A stretch of 39,757 bases of DNA. Origin: a virus. Shown here one piece after another: positions 24,337-32,424 of this stretch. Below the pieces are notes generated by a model. The model was not told the DNA's origin. It saw nothing but the letters and a program-made list of their open reading frames with translations, and made no database searches. The position numbers and the translations under genes were made by a program. Location: the IMG/VR virus record IMGVR_UViG_3300028585_000011; one strand, written 5' to 3'. Positions within the stretch are counted from its first letter, which is position 1. Each line of letters opens with the position of its first letter.

Positions 24337-24365
24337 TTATAGGCACACCGTAAGGAGACAGTCAA
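24337..24365 (-). promoter_or_regulatory. Sigma-70-type promoter for the leftward recombinase arm
   Basis: The minus strand reads TTGACT (24365-24360), a 17-nt spacer, then CTATAA (24342-24337), about 27 nt upstream of the first RBS. Confidence 0.45.
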
Positions 24366-24607
24366 CAGCGATCTCGGGCGGTGCCCTGGACGATCTGCGC
24401 AACGCTCAACGCGCGCGGCCAGCTCGAACGGCCGCAGGCCGGCTCGAGCGGTGCGGCCGCGCCCTCATCATTCGCTGCCAAGCGAACGCGCGCAAGCAGC
24501 GCCGACGCAGTCGGTGCGACCGGCTTGCGCACAGCTCAATCTCTCCGCGCCCACGCCCGTTCCTTGTGGCCCAAGATCCGTCCCGCGCCCTCTTTTACCC
24601 CGGCCCA

Positions 24608-24636
24608 TTGCTTTCGAACATTCATGAGGCCATTAT
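24608..24636 (+). promoter_or_regulatory. Candidate rightward promoter reading into the iteron array
   Basis: TTGCTT (24608-24613), a 17-nt spacer, then CATTAT (24631-24636). Confidence 0.3.
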
Positions 24637-24662
24637 TGCTCGCAGATCGGGGGTTCGGGATT

Positions 24663-24921
24663 GTTCCCATGTTCCCAGCGATGTTCCCACGGCGGAACAC
24701 GCTAACCCACTGATAATACAGCGAAAATCGGCAATGTTCCCATGTTCCAACGGGAGGCGCGACAGCTACACGCATACACACGCACACTCGCGCGCGCATA
24801 CGCGAGGATTTGTGTGTTTATGTGGGAACATGGGAACATGTAGATATAGGTAAGCGATCTCAATGACTTACGCGTTCCCAATCATGTTCCCAATCGATCA
24901 GGCAGTTGGGAACATGGGAAC
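24663..24921. repeat. Iteron array: 11 copies of GTTCCCA/TGGGAAC (octamer TGTTCCCA) with a central alternating Py-Pu tract; candidate replication origin or pac/TerS binding region
   Basis: Forward copies start at 24663, 24671, 24683, 24736, 24744 (variant GTTCCAA), 24874 and 24886. Reverse copies start at 24823, 24831, 24907 and 24915. There is a 15-bp perfect inverted repeat: 24734-24748 ATGTTCCCATGTTCC and 24825-24839 GGAACATGGGAACAT. An alternating pyrimidine-purine tract runs 24767-24804. Confidence 0.85.
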
Positions 24922-25007
24922 AATTGGCCGCGTCTCGCGACGATCGCGGCGCCGTGCTATGCGGCCTGATCGGACGCGACGACGGCGCGAATAAAGAAAG
25001 GACTTTT

Positions 25008-25559
25008 ATGGACCAGCGGCCCGGACCGATCGAAGACGAGCTCAAAGAGGCCCGCGACACGGGGTTGCTCGCGGATCCCCAGCAGCTCGAGCTGATCCGC
25101 GACCAGATGCCCGATCGTGATGCAGCCACGGCCGTCGAGGTCGCGCGGCGACAGGGTCCAGGGCGGCGCAAGGGCTCGCGGAACAAGCGCAACGCCAAGT
25201 TCCGCGACCAGATCCTTTCGCTTGGTCAGCATCCGGGCATCGCGCTCCAGCGCGCCTATTCGACGCCGGTCGACGTGCTGGCGGCGCAGCTAGGCTGCTC
25301 GCTGCTCGAGGCCGCGCAGCTCGGGATCCGCGCCGCTGCCGAGCTGCTGCCCTACATCGAGGGCAAGCAGCCGGTCACGATCGACCTACGCGAGAAGCAT
25401 GACGTGGTGCTGATCATGGCCGGCGCGCCGGGCGTCGCTGGCGCCGATCTGGAGGCGATCGGCGACGATGTGCGGCAACGTGGCACGCTCGACGACGCGA
25501 TCGATTGGGATGGCGTGACGATCGAGGGCAATCGGATCGTCGACGACGACGGCGCGTAA
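25008..25559 (+). CDS. terS: Putative terminase small subunit, 183 aa
   Basis: ATG at 25008 follows AAAGGA. The ORF-track start (24906) lies inside the iterons. A basic GPGRRKGSRNKRNAKF motif and AAELLPYIEGK resemble alphaproteobacterial phage small terminases. It is the first gene of the packaging/head arm. Confidence 0.5.
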   Translation: MDQRPGPIEDELKEARDTGLLADPQQLELIRDQMPDRDAATAVEVARRQGPGRRKGSRNKRNAKFRDQILSLGQHPGIALQRAYSTPVDVLAAQLGCSLLEAAQLGIRAAAELLPYIEGKQPVTIDLREKHDVVLIMAGAPGVAGADLEAIGDDVRQRGTLDDAIDWDGVTIEGNRIVDDDGA

Positions 25560-25950
25560 GAACAGGGTAGAGCGTGACGTGACGTCTCGCGATCGCGGAT
25601 CATAGGAGGCAGATCGCAGCGCAAACCGGGCAATGGTCGGCGGTCTAGACCCTGCCGAGACGGATCGCACCCCCTCCCCCCGTCGATCGGCGACGACGCC
25701 GCGGCGCCACCCCCTACCCCCCCAAGCCGCGCGCGCGCCCGGTCTCCAGCCCCCAAGCGCACGACACAGGTCGAAATCCGGGCCGAAATCCCGCCCTCAC
25801 TACCTGTTCGCAATCTGAAAACCGCTAATTTTGAAAACGCCCTACGGGTCGGGGCGGGGGTATGGGTTAGCCGATTGACAACAGGCTTTCGGACCGTGCA
25901 GATGGGTAGGCCGGGAACCGACGCCGGCGCAAGGGGCTAGGGTCTGGGTT
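25560..25950. repeat. Repeat-rich 390-bp non-coding region downstream of terS
   Basis: Short direct repeats: CACCCCCT(C/A)CCCCC at ~25668 and ~25709; CCCCCAAGC(C/G)GC at ~25718 and ~25749; CGAAATCC at 25772 and 25784; TGAAAAC(C/G)C at ~25816 and ~25832. A G-rich tract at 25846-25869 is partly complementary to the C-rich repeats. The only ORF (25633-25818) is Pro/Arg-rich and has no properly spaced RBS. Confidence 0.7.
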
Positions 25951-26304
25951 ATGACGATTGATCGAAACGACGTGCTGCTCGCGGTCGAGGCGCTGACGGC
26001 GCTGAACGAGGCGAAGCTTCCCGATCTGAAACGGCTGTCGCTCGAGCACAATGCGCAGCTCGTCCGCATAGGCGCGGAGATCCGCCGGATGGCTGGTGGC
26101 GATCAGCCCTATCTCCCGATGATCAACGCAGCGACGACGCTGGATGCCATCGGCCGCGCAAAGCCGTTCGAAATGGTGCCCTGGGGCGAATGGATCCGCA
26201 CGGCGATCGACGATCTGGAACGGCTTGCGCTCGAGCCCCCGGTCGAGCATACACCGAACCGGGCCGAGCACCGCGCCATCGCCGCGACCAGCCGCCCCCA
26301 ATGA
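25951..26304 (+). CDS. Hypothetical protein, 117 aa
   Basis: First ORF after the non-coding region. Its stop overlaps the next start (ATGA at 26301-26304). Confidence 0.5.
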   Translation: MTIDRNDVLLAVEALTALNEAKLPDLKRLSLEHNAQLVRIGAEIRRMAGGDQPYLPMINAATTLDAIGRAKPFEMVPWGEWIRTAIDDLERLALEPPVEHTPNRAEHRAIAATSRPQ

Positions 26305-26567
26305 TTACCGAAGCCGCACCCGGTCCTGAAAAGAGGACCAGTAGCCAAATCGAGCGATTGATGGCGCTCGAGAAGCTCGTTGAGCTGCTCGGCAGTCAGA
26401 AACGCGCAGCGGAAGCGATCCTAGTCGATCCATCTTCGTTTCGTCGCAAGCTTCGCGGCGATCGCGAGGTCAGTGCGTTCGAAATGAAACTAGCCGGCGA
26501 CGAGCTGTTTCGTCTGGGAAATCAAATGCTCGAGTATGCCGAGCGAATTAGGAGTGTTCACGCATGA
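26301..26567 (+). CDS. Small HTH-like protein, 88 aa
   Basis: I chose the ATG at 26301 (ATGA coupling) rather than 26190. LVELLGSQKRAAEAILVDPSSFRRKLRGDREVSAFEMKLA fits a Cro/XRE-like helix-turn-helix pattern. Confidence 0.5.
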   Translation: MITEAAPGPEKRTSSQIERLMALEKLVELLGSQKRAAEAILVDPSSFRRKLRGDREVSAFEMKLAGDELFRLGNQMLEYAERIRSVHA

Positions 26568-27574
26568 CTGATACGACAGACCAGCAAGCGGTGACGGTTG
26601 CGCAGGAGGACCGGGAGGCTGCAGCAAAACTGTTCGGCTTCCCGGCGTGGGAGAACATCATGTACGTCGAGGATCGCGCAACGAGCGAACGTGTGCGGGC
26701 CGCCGTTCTAGCCTTCGCCCGCCACCGCCTCGCCTCTGTATCATCCGCGAGTGCAGAGGCTGTGACCGAAGCAGCAAAGCCGTGGGCGAATTATCATGGC
26801 GACCTGCCCGATTACGATCATCCGTTGCGGCCGGTATTTGAAAGCGGGATTCAGTACACGGTTGAAATGCTGGCGAAGCAATTGGACGTTGCCGAGTGGG
26901 TGCCGTGCGACGGGACGGAAGAGTTCGACGGCGACCTTGGCGGCACGCTGATGAACATCGTTTTGGAGGCCATGCCGAAGGACGAGCACGGCGATGCGAT
27001 CTGGCCGCGCGATCTGCCGGGAAACGCCGCATCCTCCGAACCTGTACCCGCGACCAATCAGGCGGGAGAGGTGGAGCGAGCAGTCCTGACCCGCATCATG
27101 GTAGCTCATAACCGCCTGAACCGTTCGGAAACGACCGCGCAGGAGTTCGAGGATTACACGCTCCCGTTGCTCGCCGCCCTCGCTACCCAGCCCGCAACGT
27201 CGCAGGAGGGGGAGCGCGTCCGCCTGTTGGTCGCACAAGTCGAAGCTGGTCAGTTTGACGAGTTGGCTGCCGTCGCGGACCGGTGGGCTGAGGCTGCCGG
27301 CGTGCAGCGGATGATGAACGCCATTGCATCGGTGTTCGAGAAGTATGCGCCGCAGGAGATCATGGACCGGTTCCGCGAGAAGCTGGCGGGGCTGATGCAT
27401 CTGGCGTTCGTAGAGGGTGCGGCACAGGGAGTTTTACAGATCGCCGCCACCCCGACGCCTCCCACCCTATCGGAGGACTTGACGGTGCTGACGTGCGATT
27501 GTGATTGCGCAACCGTGTGCCCTAATGGGAAGACCGGCAGCGAGGCAGTCTGCCAGATCCTAGTGAGGCAATGA
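26564..27574 (+). CDS. Hypothetical acidic protein with C-terminal Cys cluster, 336 aa
   Basis: ATGA-coupled start. The C-terminus reads LTCDCDCATVCPNGKTGSEAVC. No recognisable enzymatic motif. Confidence 0.5.
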   Translation: MTDTTDQQAVTVAQEDREAAAKLFGFPAWENIMYVEDRATSERVRAAVLAFARHRLASVSSASAEAVTEAAKPWANYHGDLPDYDHPLRPVFESGIQYTVEMLAKQLDVAEWVPCDGTEEFDGDLGGTLMNIVLEAMPKDEHGDAIWPRDLPGNAASSEPVPATNQAGEVERAVLTRIMVAHNRLNRSETTAQEFEDYTLPLLAALATQPATSQEGERVRLLVAQVEAGQFDELAAVADRWAEAAGVQRMMNAIASVFEKYAPQEIMDRFREKLAGLMHLAFVEGAAQGVLQIAATPTPPTLSEDLTVLTCDCDCATVCPNGKTGSEAVCQILVRQ

Positions 27575-27575
27575 A

Positions 27576-29177
27576 TTGAGCACGCTTCCGCAGTTGATGA
27601 AGCCGGTAGGCCCCAAGGCGGAAGCGTTCGTGTGGGACAAGCGGATGATCACCGGCATCATGGGGCCGGTGGGATCCGCTAAAACGACGTCCTGCATCCG
27701 CAAAATGATCCAGTCGACGCTATGGCAGAACCCCGGCCCCGATGGCGTCCGTCGCGCGAAGTGGGGCGTCATCCGCGACACGTACCCGCAGCTCAAGAAA
27801 ACTGCGCTCGCGTCGTGGTTTACGTGGTTCCCGAAGGAATTGGGACAGTGGAACGGCGAGGCGCCGTTTGAGCATACCGTTTCCATCCTGATCCCAGGCC
27901 AAGGCAAGCTCGAGATCACTGTCCTGTTCGCCGCTATGGGCGAAAACAAGGTCGAGGACGTCATGCGCGGCTGGGAGCTGACCGGGCTCTGGCTGAACGA
28001 GGGCGATCTTCTTTCGAAATCCGTCTTTACCTACGGTCTAGGCCGCATCGGTCGCTATCCGGGCGCGGTGCTGGGGGGCTGCACTTGGCGCGGTATCATT
28101 CTCGACATGAACGCGCCCGACGTGGAGAATTGGACGTATGATGTTTTCGTGGATCAGAACCTTGGGCTCGACAAGGAAATCGAGGAAAGCGTCAAGGAAG
28201 ATCTGGGCGAGCTGTTCGGTGTCGGTTTCTATCGCCAGCCGGGCGGCCGTTCTAAGGATCCGATGCCCGAAAACATCACCAATCTACCGAAGGGCTACTA
28301 TGCGCAGCAGATGATCGGCGCGTCGGCCGACTATGTGCGCCGGTTTATCGACAGTCTATTCGGCGCGACGCGTCGCGGGCAACCGGTCTATCCCGAATAC
28401 AACGACGAGATCCACTGCGCGAAGCTGGAAAGCCGGGCGCACAAGCTCGCGCCGATCCCCGGCGTGCCGATCACGATCGCGACCGATCAGGATCTATCCG
28501 CCGCGGCCGTCGTCATGCAGCGCGATCACCGCGGGCAGGTCAGGATCCTTGGCGAAATCGTCAATTTTGCGGACAACGACGAAACCGAGCTCGAGCAGCT
28601 CGGCGCGACGGCGTTCGGCCGCAAGTGCGGGCGGTATTGCAAGGATGAGTTCCCCGATAACCCGGTCGCGGACATCGCATGGTGCGATCCGGCCGCGACG
28701 GCAGGCGAAAGCGCGACAGGCGCGGATCCGAGTTGGCGGCAAAACTTCCAAAAGGGTCTGAATGAGGAGCTGGGGCGGACCGGCAACGACACGATCCGCG
28801 TCAAGGCCGCGCCGATCCCCGGCAACAAGATCGACGAACGGCTCGACGCCGTCCGCAAACCCATGCTGCGACTGGTCGAGGGCGGCGAGCCGGGCTTCAA
28901 GATCTGCCCTGTTCGATGCAAGGTCACGCGCCGCGGGTTTACCGGCATGTATGTGTTCTCGCGGATCCAGTTGCGCGGGGGGCATGGTAGCTGGCAAGAC
29001 AAGCCGCTGAAAAACGACTATGCGAACGTCCAGGATGCGATCCAGTACGGCTGCATCGCCATTGCCAAGCACGGCAACGGCAGGATCAGCGGCACGGGGC
29101 ATCACCATCCAGGCAGCGGACCCGCCGCAACGCGTGTTCAGAACGTGAAGGATTACGATATTCATGCAGGGGGGTGA
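27576..29177 (+). CDS. terL: Terminase large subunit, 533 aa
   Basis: Walker A is GIMGPVGSAKTT and Walker B-like is TGLWLNEGD. The C-terminal half has acidic nuclease-like motifs. The TTG start at 27576 lies 7 nt after GAGG. ATG 27597 is an alternative start. Confidence 0.8.
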   Translation: MSTLPQLMKPVGPKAEAFVWDKRMITGIMGPVGSAKTTSCIRKMIQSTLWQNPGPDGVRRAKWGVIRDTYPQLKKTALASWFTWFPKELGQWNGEAPFEHTVSILIPGQGKLEITVLFAAMGENKVEDVMRGWELTGLWLNEGDLLSKSVFTYGLGRIGRYPGAVLGGCTWRGIILDMNAPDVENWTYDVFVDQNLGLDKEIEESVKEDLGELFGVGFYRQPGGRSKDPMPENITNLPKGYYAQQMIGASADYVRRFIDSLFGATRRGQPVYPEYNDEIHCAKLESRAHKLAPIPGVPITIATDQDLSAAAVVMQRDHRGQVRILGEIVNFADNDETELEQLGATAFGRKCGRYCKDEFPDNPVADIAWCDPAATAGESATGADPSWRQNFQKGLNEELGRTGNDTIRVKAAPIPGNKIDERLDAVRKPMLRLVEGGEPGFKICPVRCKVTRRGFTGMYVFSRIQLRGGHGSWQDKPLKNDYANVQDAIQYGCIAIAKHGNGRISGTGHHHPGSGPAATRVQNVKDYDIHAGG

Positions 29178-29179
29178 AA

Positions 29180-29407
29180 ATGGCTGTCGTCGGTAAGGTT
29201 CTGGCAGCGCCGCTCAAGGCGATCGGGCTTGTCAAGACGCCGGGCAAGGCGCCCGCCCCTCTGGCCGCGGTCACCCGTGACGATGCGCGGGACATGGCGA
29301 GCCAAGCGGACGAATTGAGGCGACGCCGCGGCGGTGCCGCTGATATTCTGACTTCATCCGGTGGGGCCGAGCTCACCGGTGGGACCGGCAAGACCACACT
29401 CGGGTAA
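29180..29407 (+). CDS. Hypothetical small protein, 75 aa
   Basis: ATG at 29180 follows GGGGGGTG. GTG 29174 is an alternative start. The protein is Ala/Gly-rich and ends in GGTGKTTLG. It lies between terL and the portal. Confidence 0.45.
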   Translation: MAVVGKVLAAPLKAIGLVKTPGKAPAPLAAVTRDDARDMASQADELRRRRGGAADILTSSGGAELTGGTGKTTLG

Positions 29408-29421
29408 CGGAAGGATCTACC

Positions 29422-30375
29422 ATGCGACATTTTGCACTGATGGGCTGCGCATCCGCGCTTGCGATGGGGTTTGCCTCCCCTTCGATCTGTTCGATGGCAG
29501 CGGAGGGAAGCGACAGCGCCGGCGGATCCGGTGGCAAGGGCAAAGCGCCGGCGCCGGCCGATGTTCTCGCCGAAACGCAGCGTGCCGACGCGGCGATCGC
29601 GCGCGCGGAGGCGGCAGAAGCCCGGCTCGAGACGGCAACGCAGCAGATCGCGGAAGCGTCGCAGCGCGCCGACAAGCTCGAGCAGGAGCTTGCGCCGCAC
29701 CGCGCTAACGAGCTCGAGCGCGGATCCGACTATGTCGCCAACCTCGAAAAGCGGCTGGCCGATGCGTCTGCCGTCGAGCCGCTCGAGAAGGTTCGCGGCC
29801 TGATCATCGACGCCGGCAGCGATTTTGCTATCGAACCGAAGGACGGCGAGGAAGTCGCCGACTTCTTCGAGCGGTTCGCGATCGCGGCGATGGAGTCCAA
29901 GGCCAAGCTGACGCAGGAACGCGACGACGCCAAGGAGGATCTCGTCCAGGCCGAAACCAAGCTCGCGGCCGCGCGCAAAAAGCGGGATCCCGGCGCGATC
30001 GCCAAGGGTCGCAGCTCGAAGCCTCGCAAGCTGGGGGCGGACTTCGACAAGCCCGAAGGCGGCAACGGTGATCAGAGCGAGCTCGATGTGATCATGGCGG
30101 GCGAAAGCGCGCTCGAGCTGGTCTTTTCGAACGGCACGAATGAGATCATGGAATTCGCGCCGTACGACGTCCGCGGCGCATCGTTCGAACGGCATGCGGG
30201 TGGCTGGCGTCTACGCGACGCCATCAACCTCAAGGGCGCGAGCGAGCTGACGCGCGTTCGCGGCGTGGCATTGCTCAAGGACGGCAAGCAGATCGCCTGG
30301 GCGCCGTTCCCGGAAGTGGTTATCGTTCCCGCGCATCAAGAAGTCGCCTTCGACAAGATGATCGTATTCGCATAA
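29422..30375 (+). CDS. Hypothetical coiled-coil acidic protein with hydrophobic N-terminus, 317 aa
   Basis: RBS is GGAAGGA. The hydrophobic N-terminus (FALMGCASALAMGFA) is followed by a Gly-rich segment and a long Ala/Glu coiled coil. Confidence 0.5.
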   Translation: MRHFALMGCASALAMGFASPSICSMAAEGSDSAGGSGGKGKAPAPADVLAETQRADAAIARAEAAEARLETATQQIAEASQRADKLEQELAPHRANELERGSDYVANLEKRLADASAVEPLEKVRGLIIDAGSDFAIEPKDGEEVADFFERFAIAAMESKAKLTQERDDAKEDLVQAETKLAAARKKRDPGAIAKGRSSKPRKLGADFDKPEGGNGDQSELDVIMAGESALELVFSNGTNEIMEFAPYDVRGASFERHAGGWRLRDAINLKGASELTRVRGVALLKDGKQIAWAPFPEVVIVPAHQEVAFDKMIVFA

Positions 30376-30433
30376 GACCGTCGCCGGCGCTGCGATCCGC
30401 AAGGACGCGAGCGCCGGCGAGCTCGGGGGCGCT

Positions 30434-32098
30434 ATGGAAACGCAAGATCAGGATTGGGTGCGCGGGATCCTTCGCGATCAGGCGCGGATGGAAAGCGAGC
30501 GAAGCGGCTACGAGTCCACGTGGCGCGACATCGATCGGTATATCGACCCATTCGGCGCCGGCGGGTTCCTGCAAATCTCGCTCGGCAATCGCCGTGTCGA
30601 GGATCTGTACGACGTCACTGCGATCGAGGGTCTGGATCGGTGCACGGCCGCGATCGCCGGCCTGACCATCCCGCGCAATCAGAAGTACGAGCTCGTCGGG
30701 TTCGCGGACAAGGAGCTGATGAAGCTTCCCGCGGTCAAGCGCTGGTGCGCGCACGCGACCGATCGCAAGTATGACTGCCGGTATGCGCCGCACGCAGGGT
30801 TCGAAACGCAGGCGCACGAAGACATCAGGCAAGAGTGCAAGTACGGCACCGCGCCGCTATGGGTCGACGAGAAAAAGGGCGTCGGCCTGTACTACAAGGC
30901 TCTGCACCTGTCTGAAATCTGGTGTGACGAAAACTATTACGGCCGCATCGACCGCGTGCATCGCAAGTTTGAACAGACGTTGCGCCAGTCGGTCGACCAA
31001 TTCGGGCTGGAAAACCTTTCCGATCGCGTGCGGACATTGTGGGACGATCCGAAAAAGCGCGACGATCGCCACGAGATTCTCCACATGATCCGGCCAAACT
31101 CGCAATACGAGAATGGCAAGCTGGGGCCGATCGGCAAGCCGGTCGAAAGCGCGTACATCGAGCCGGCCGAGAAGCATATCATTCGCCGCGGCGGGTATTA
31201 TTCGAACCCGATCCCGGTGTCGCGCCATATCACCGGACCGCGCGACAAGTACGGCCGATCGCCGGCGATGAAGGTGCTTGCGACCGTGCGCGGGTTGCAG
31301 CTCATGGCGCGCACGGTGCTCGACGCCGGCAACAAGGCGGTGAACCCGGCGTATCTGTTCCACGACGATGCGCAGATCACGCAGCTCATCAGCAAGCCGG
31401 GCGGCATGAACCCCGGCGGGATCGACGAATATGGGCGGATCCTTGTGCGGCCGCTCGAGCAGGGCGGAAGCCTGCCGTTCGGCCTCGAGCTGATGAACGC
31501 GGAGCGCGCCGTCGTCGACAAGTCGTTCCTTGGCGAGTTCTTCCGCCTGATGTCGGACCCCTCGGATCGCCAGACGGCGACACAGGTGATCGAGACGCTA
31601 CAGAAAGAGGGCGTGCTGATCGCGCCGTACATCGGGCGCCGTGAAACCGAAAAGGCGTATCCGGTCGCAGAGCGCGAGCTCGACATTCTGATGCGTGCCG
31701 ACCAGATCGACCCGCTGCCGCCCGAAGTGCTCGAGGCGGGCGCGCGTCCCGTGTTCACCCTGACCAACCCGGCCGCGCGTATGGCGCGTGCGGAGGAAGT
31801 CAGCGGCTTTACGCGCTGGGCCGAGATCGGCGTCCAGGCGGCATCCGCCGGTGCGCCCGAAGCGCTCGACCGCGTCAATTGGGACACGGGGATGCAGGAC
31901 GTCGGCGAGCTGCTCGGCGTGCGTCCGACGAACATTCGCACCGATGACGAAGTCGCCGCGATCCGGGCGGCGCGGCAGGACAAGGAAGCGGCCGCAGAGG
32001 TCGCGACCGTCGCACCGCAGGCCGCGGGCGCCGTGCTGGATCTGGCGCGCGCGAATGACTTGAGCAATCAGCTCGCAGCCGGTGGAGGTATGGGTTGA
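30434..32098 (+). CDS. Portal (head-to-tail connector) protein, T7 gp8-like, 554 aa
   Basis: Its size and its position upstream of scaffold and capsid fit a portal. The N-terminal W..I..Y..P pattern (STWRDIDRYIDPFG) and overall pattern resemble podovirus connector proteins. Confidence 0.75.
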   Translation: METQDQDWVRGILRDQARMESERSGYESTWRDIDRYIDPFGAGGFLQISLGNRRVEDLYDVTAIEGLDRCTAAIAGLTIPRNQKYELVGFADKELMKLPAVKRWCAHATDRKYDCRYAPHAGFETQAHEDIRQECKYGTAPLWVDEKKGVGLYYKALHLSEIWCDENYYGRIDRVHRKFEQTLRQSVDQFGLENLSDRVRTLWDDPKKRDDRHEILHMIRPNSQYENGKLGPIGKPVESAYIEPAEKHIIRRGGYYSNPIPVSRHITGPRDKYGRSPAMKVLATVRGLQLMARTVLDAGNKAVNPAYLFHDDAQITQLISKPGGMNPGGIDEYGRILVRPLEQGGSLPFGLELMNAERAVVDKSFLGEFFRLMSDPSDRQTATQVIETLQKEGVLIAPYIGRRETEKAYPVAERELDILMRADQIDPLPPEVLEAGARPVFTLTNPAARMARAEEVSGFTRWAEIGVQAASAGAPEALDRVNWDTGMQDVGELLGVRPTNIRTDDEVAAIRAARQDKEAAAEVATVAPQAAGAVLDLARANDLSNQLAAGGGMG

Positions 32099-32424
32099 GC
32101 ATCTACGAGCGATCGCGCGAAATGGTGGAGATCGTCGCGCGTCGGCTCGGGTTTCTCCGCGTCGTCAGCTATAAGCGGGTGTTCCACGACGCGGAGCTTC
32201 CCGGCAACGTCGTGTCGCGCGACGCGAGCCACGTTCTTGCGGATTTGCGCAAGTTCGCATGGATCGGCAAGCATTCGTTCGGCCGCGACCAAACCAATCG
32301 CATCGATCCGATCGCGATGGCGCGCATAGAGGGTCGACGCGAGGTATTTTACAGGATTATGGATCACTTAAATCTGGACGAGACGGCGATCCAGACTTTC
32401 ATGGAGGTAAGTGTAGATGAATAG
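32095..32424 (+). CDS. Hypothetical protein, 109 aa
   Basis: TTG start overlaps the portal stop (TTGA), with GGAGG 6 nt upstream. No firm motif. Confidence 0.45.
   Translation: MSIYERSREMVEIVARRLGFLRVVSYKRVFHDAELPGNVVSRDASHVLADLRKFAWIGKHSFGRDQTNRIDPIAMARIEGRREVFYRIMDHLNLDETAIQTFMEVSVDE

Noticed and set aside
24381-24853. ORFs 24381-24713 (+), 24536-24799 (-) and 24566-24853 (+) in the large intergenic gap.
   Set aside because: They run through the iteron array and the alternating Py-Pu tract. They have odd compositions (for example HTHAHSRAHTRG translated from the CA/CG repeat), non-ATG or unsupported starts, and no RBS.
24663-24921. Possibility that the repeated TGTTCCCA units form a CRISPR array.
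   Set aside because: The units are only 7-8 bp, occur in both orientations, and are mostly directly abutting (8-bp period) with no spacer-sized unique segments. There are no cas genes. This is an iteron-type architecture.
25633-25818. 61-aa ORF in the non-coding region after terS.
   Set aside because: The Pro/Arg/Ser-rich translation derives from the C-rich repeats. The nearest AGGAGG lies 22 nt upstream of the ATG, which is too far.
29422-29510. Lipoprotein signal (LMGC) at the N-terminus of the 317-aa coiled-coil protein.
   Set aside because: The Cys is at residue 9, too close to the N-terminus for a lipoprotein signal peptide, and position -2 is Met. The hydrophobic stretch may be a plain signal or anchor, or the true start may be downstream.
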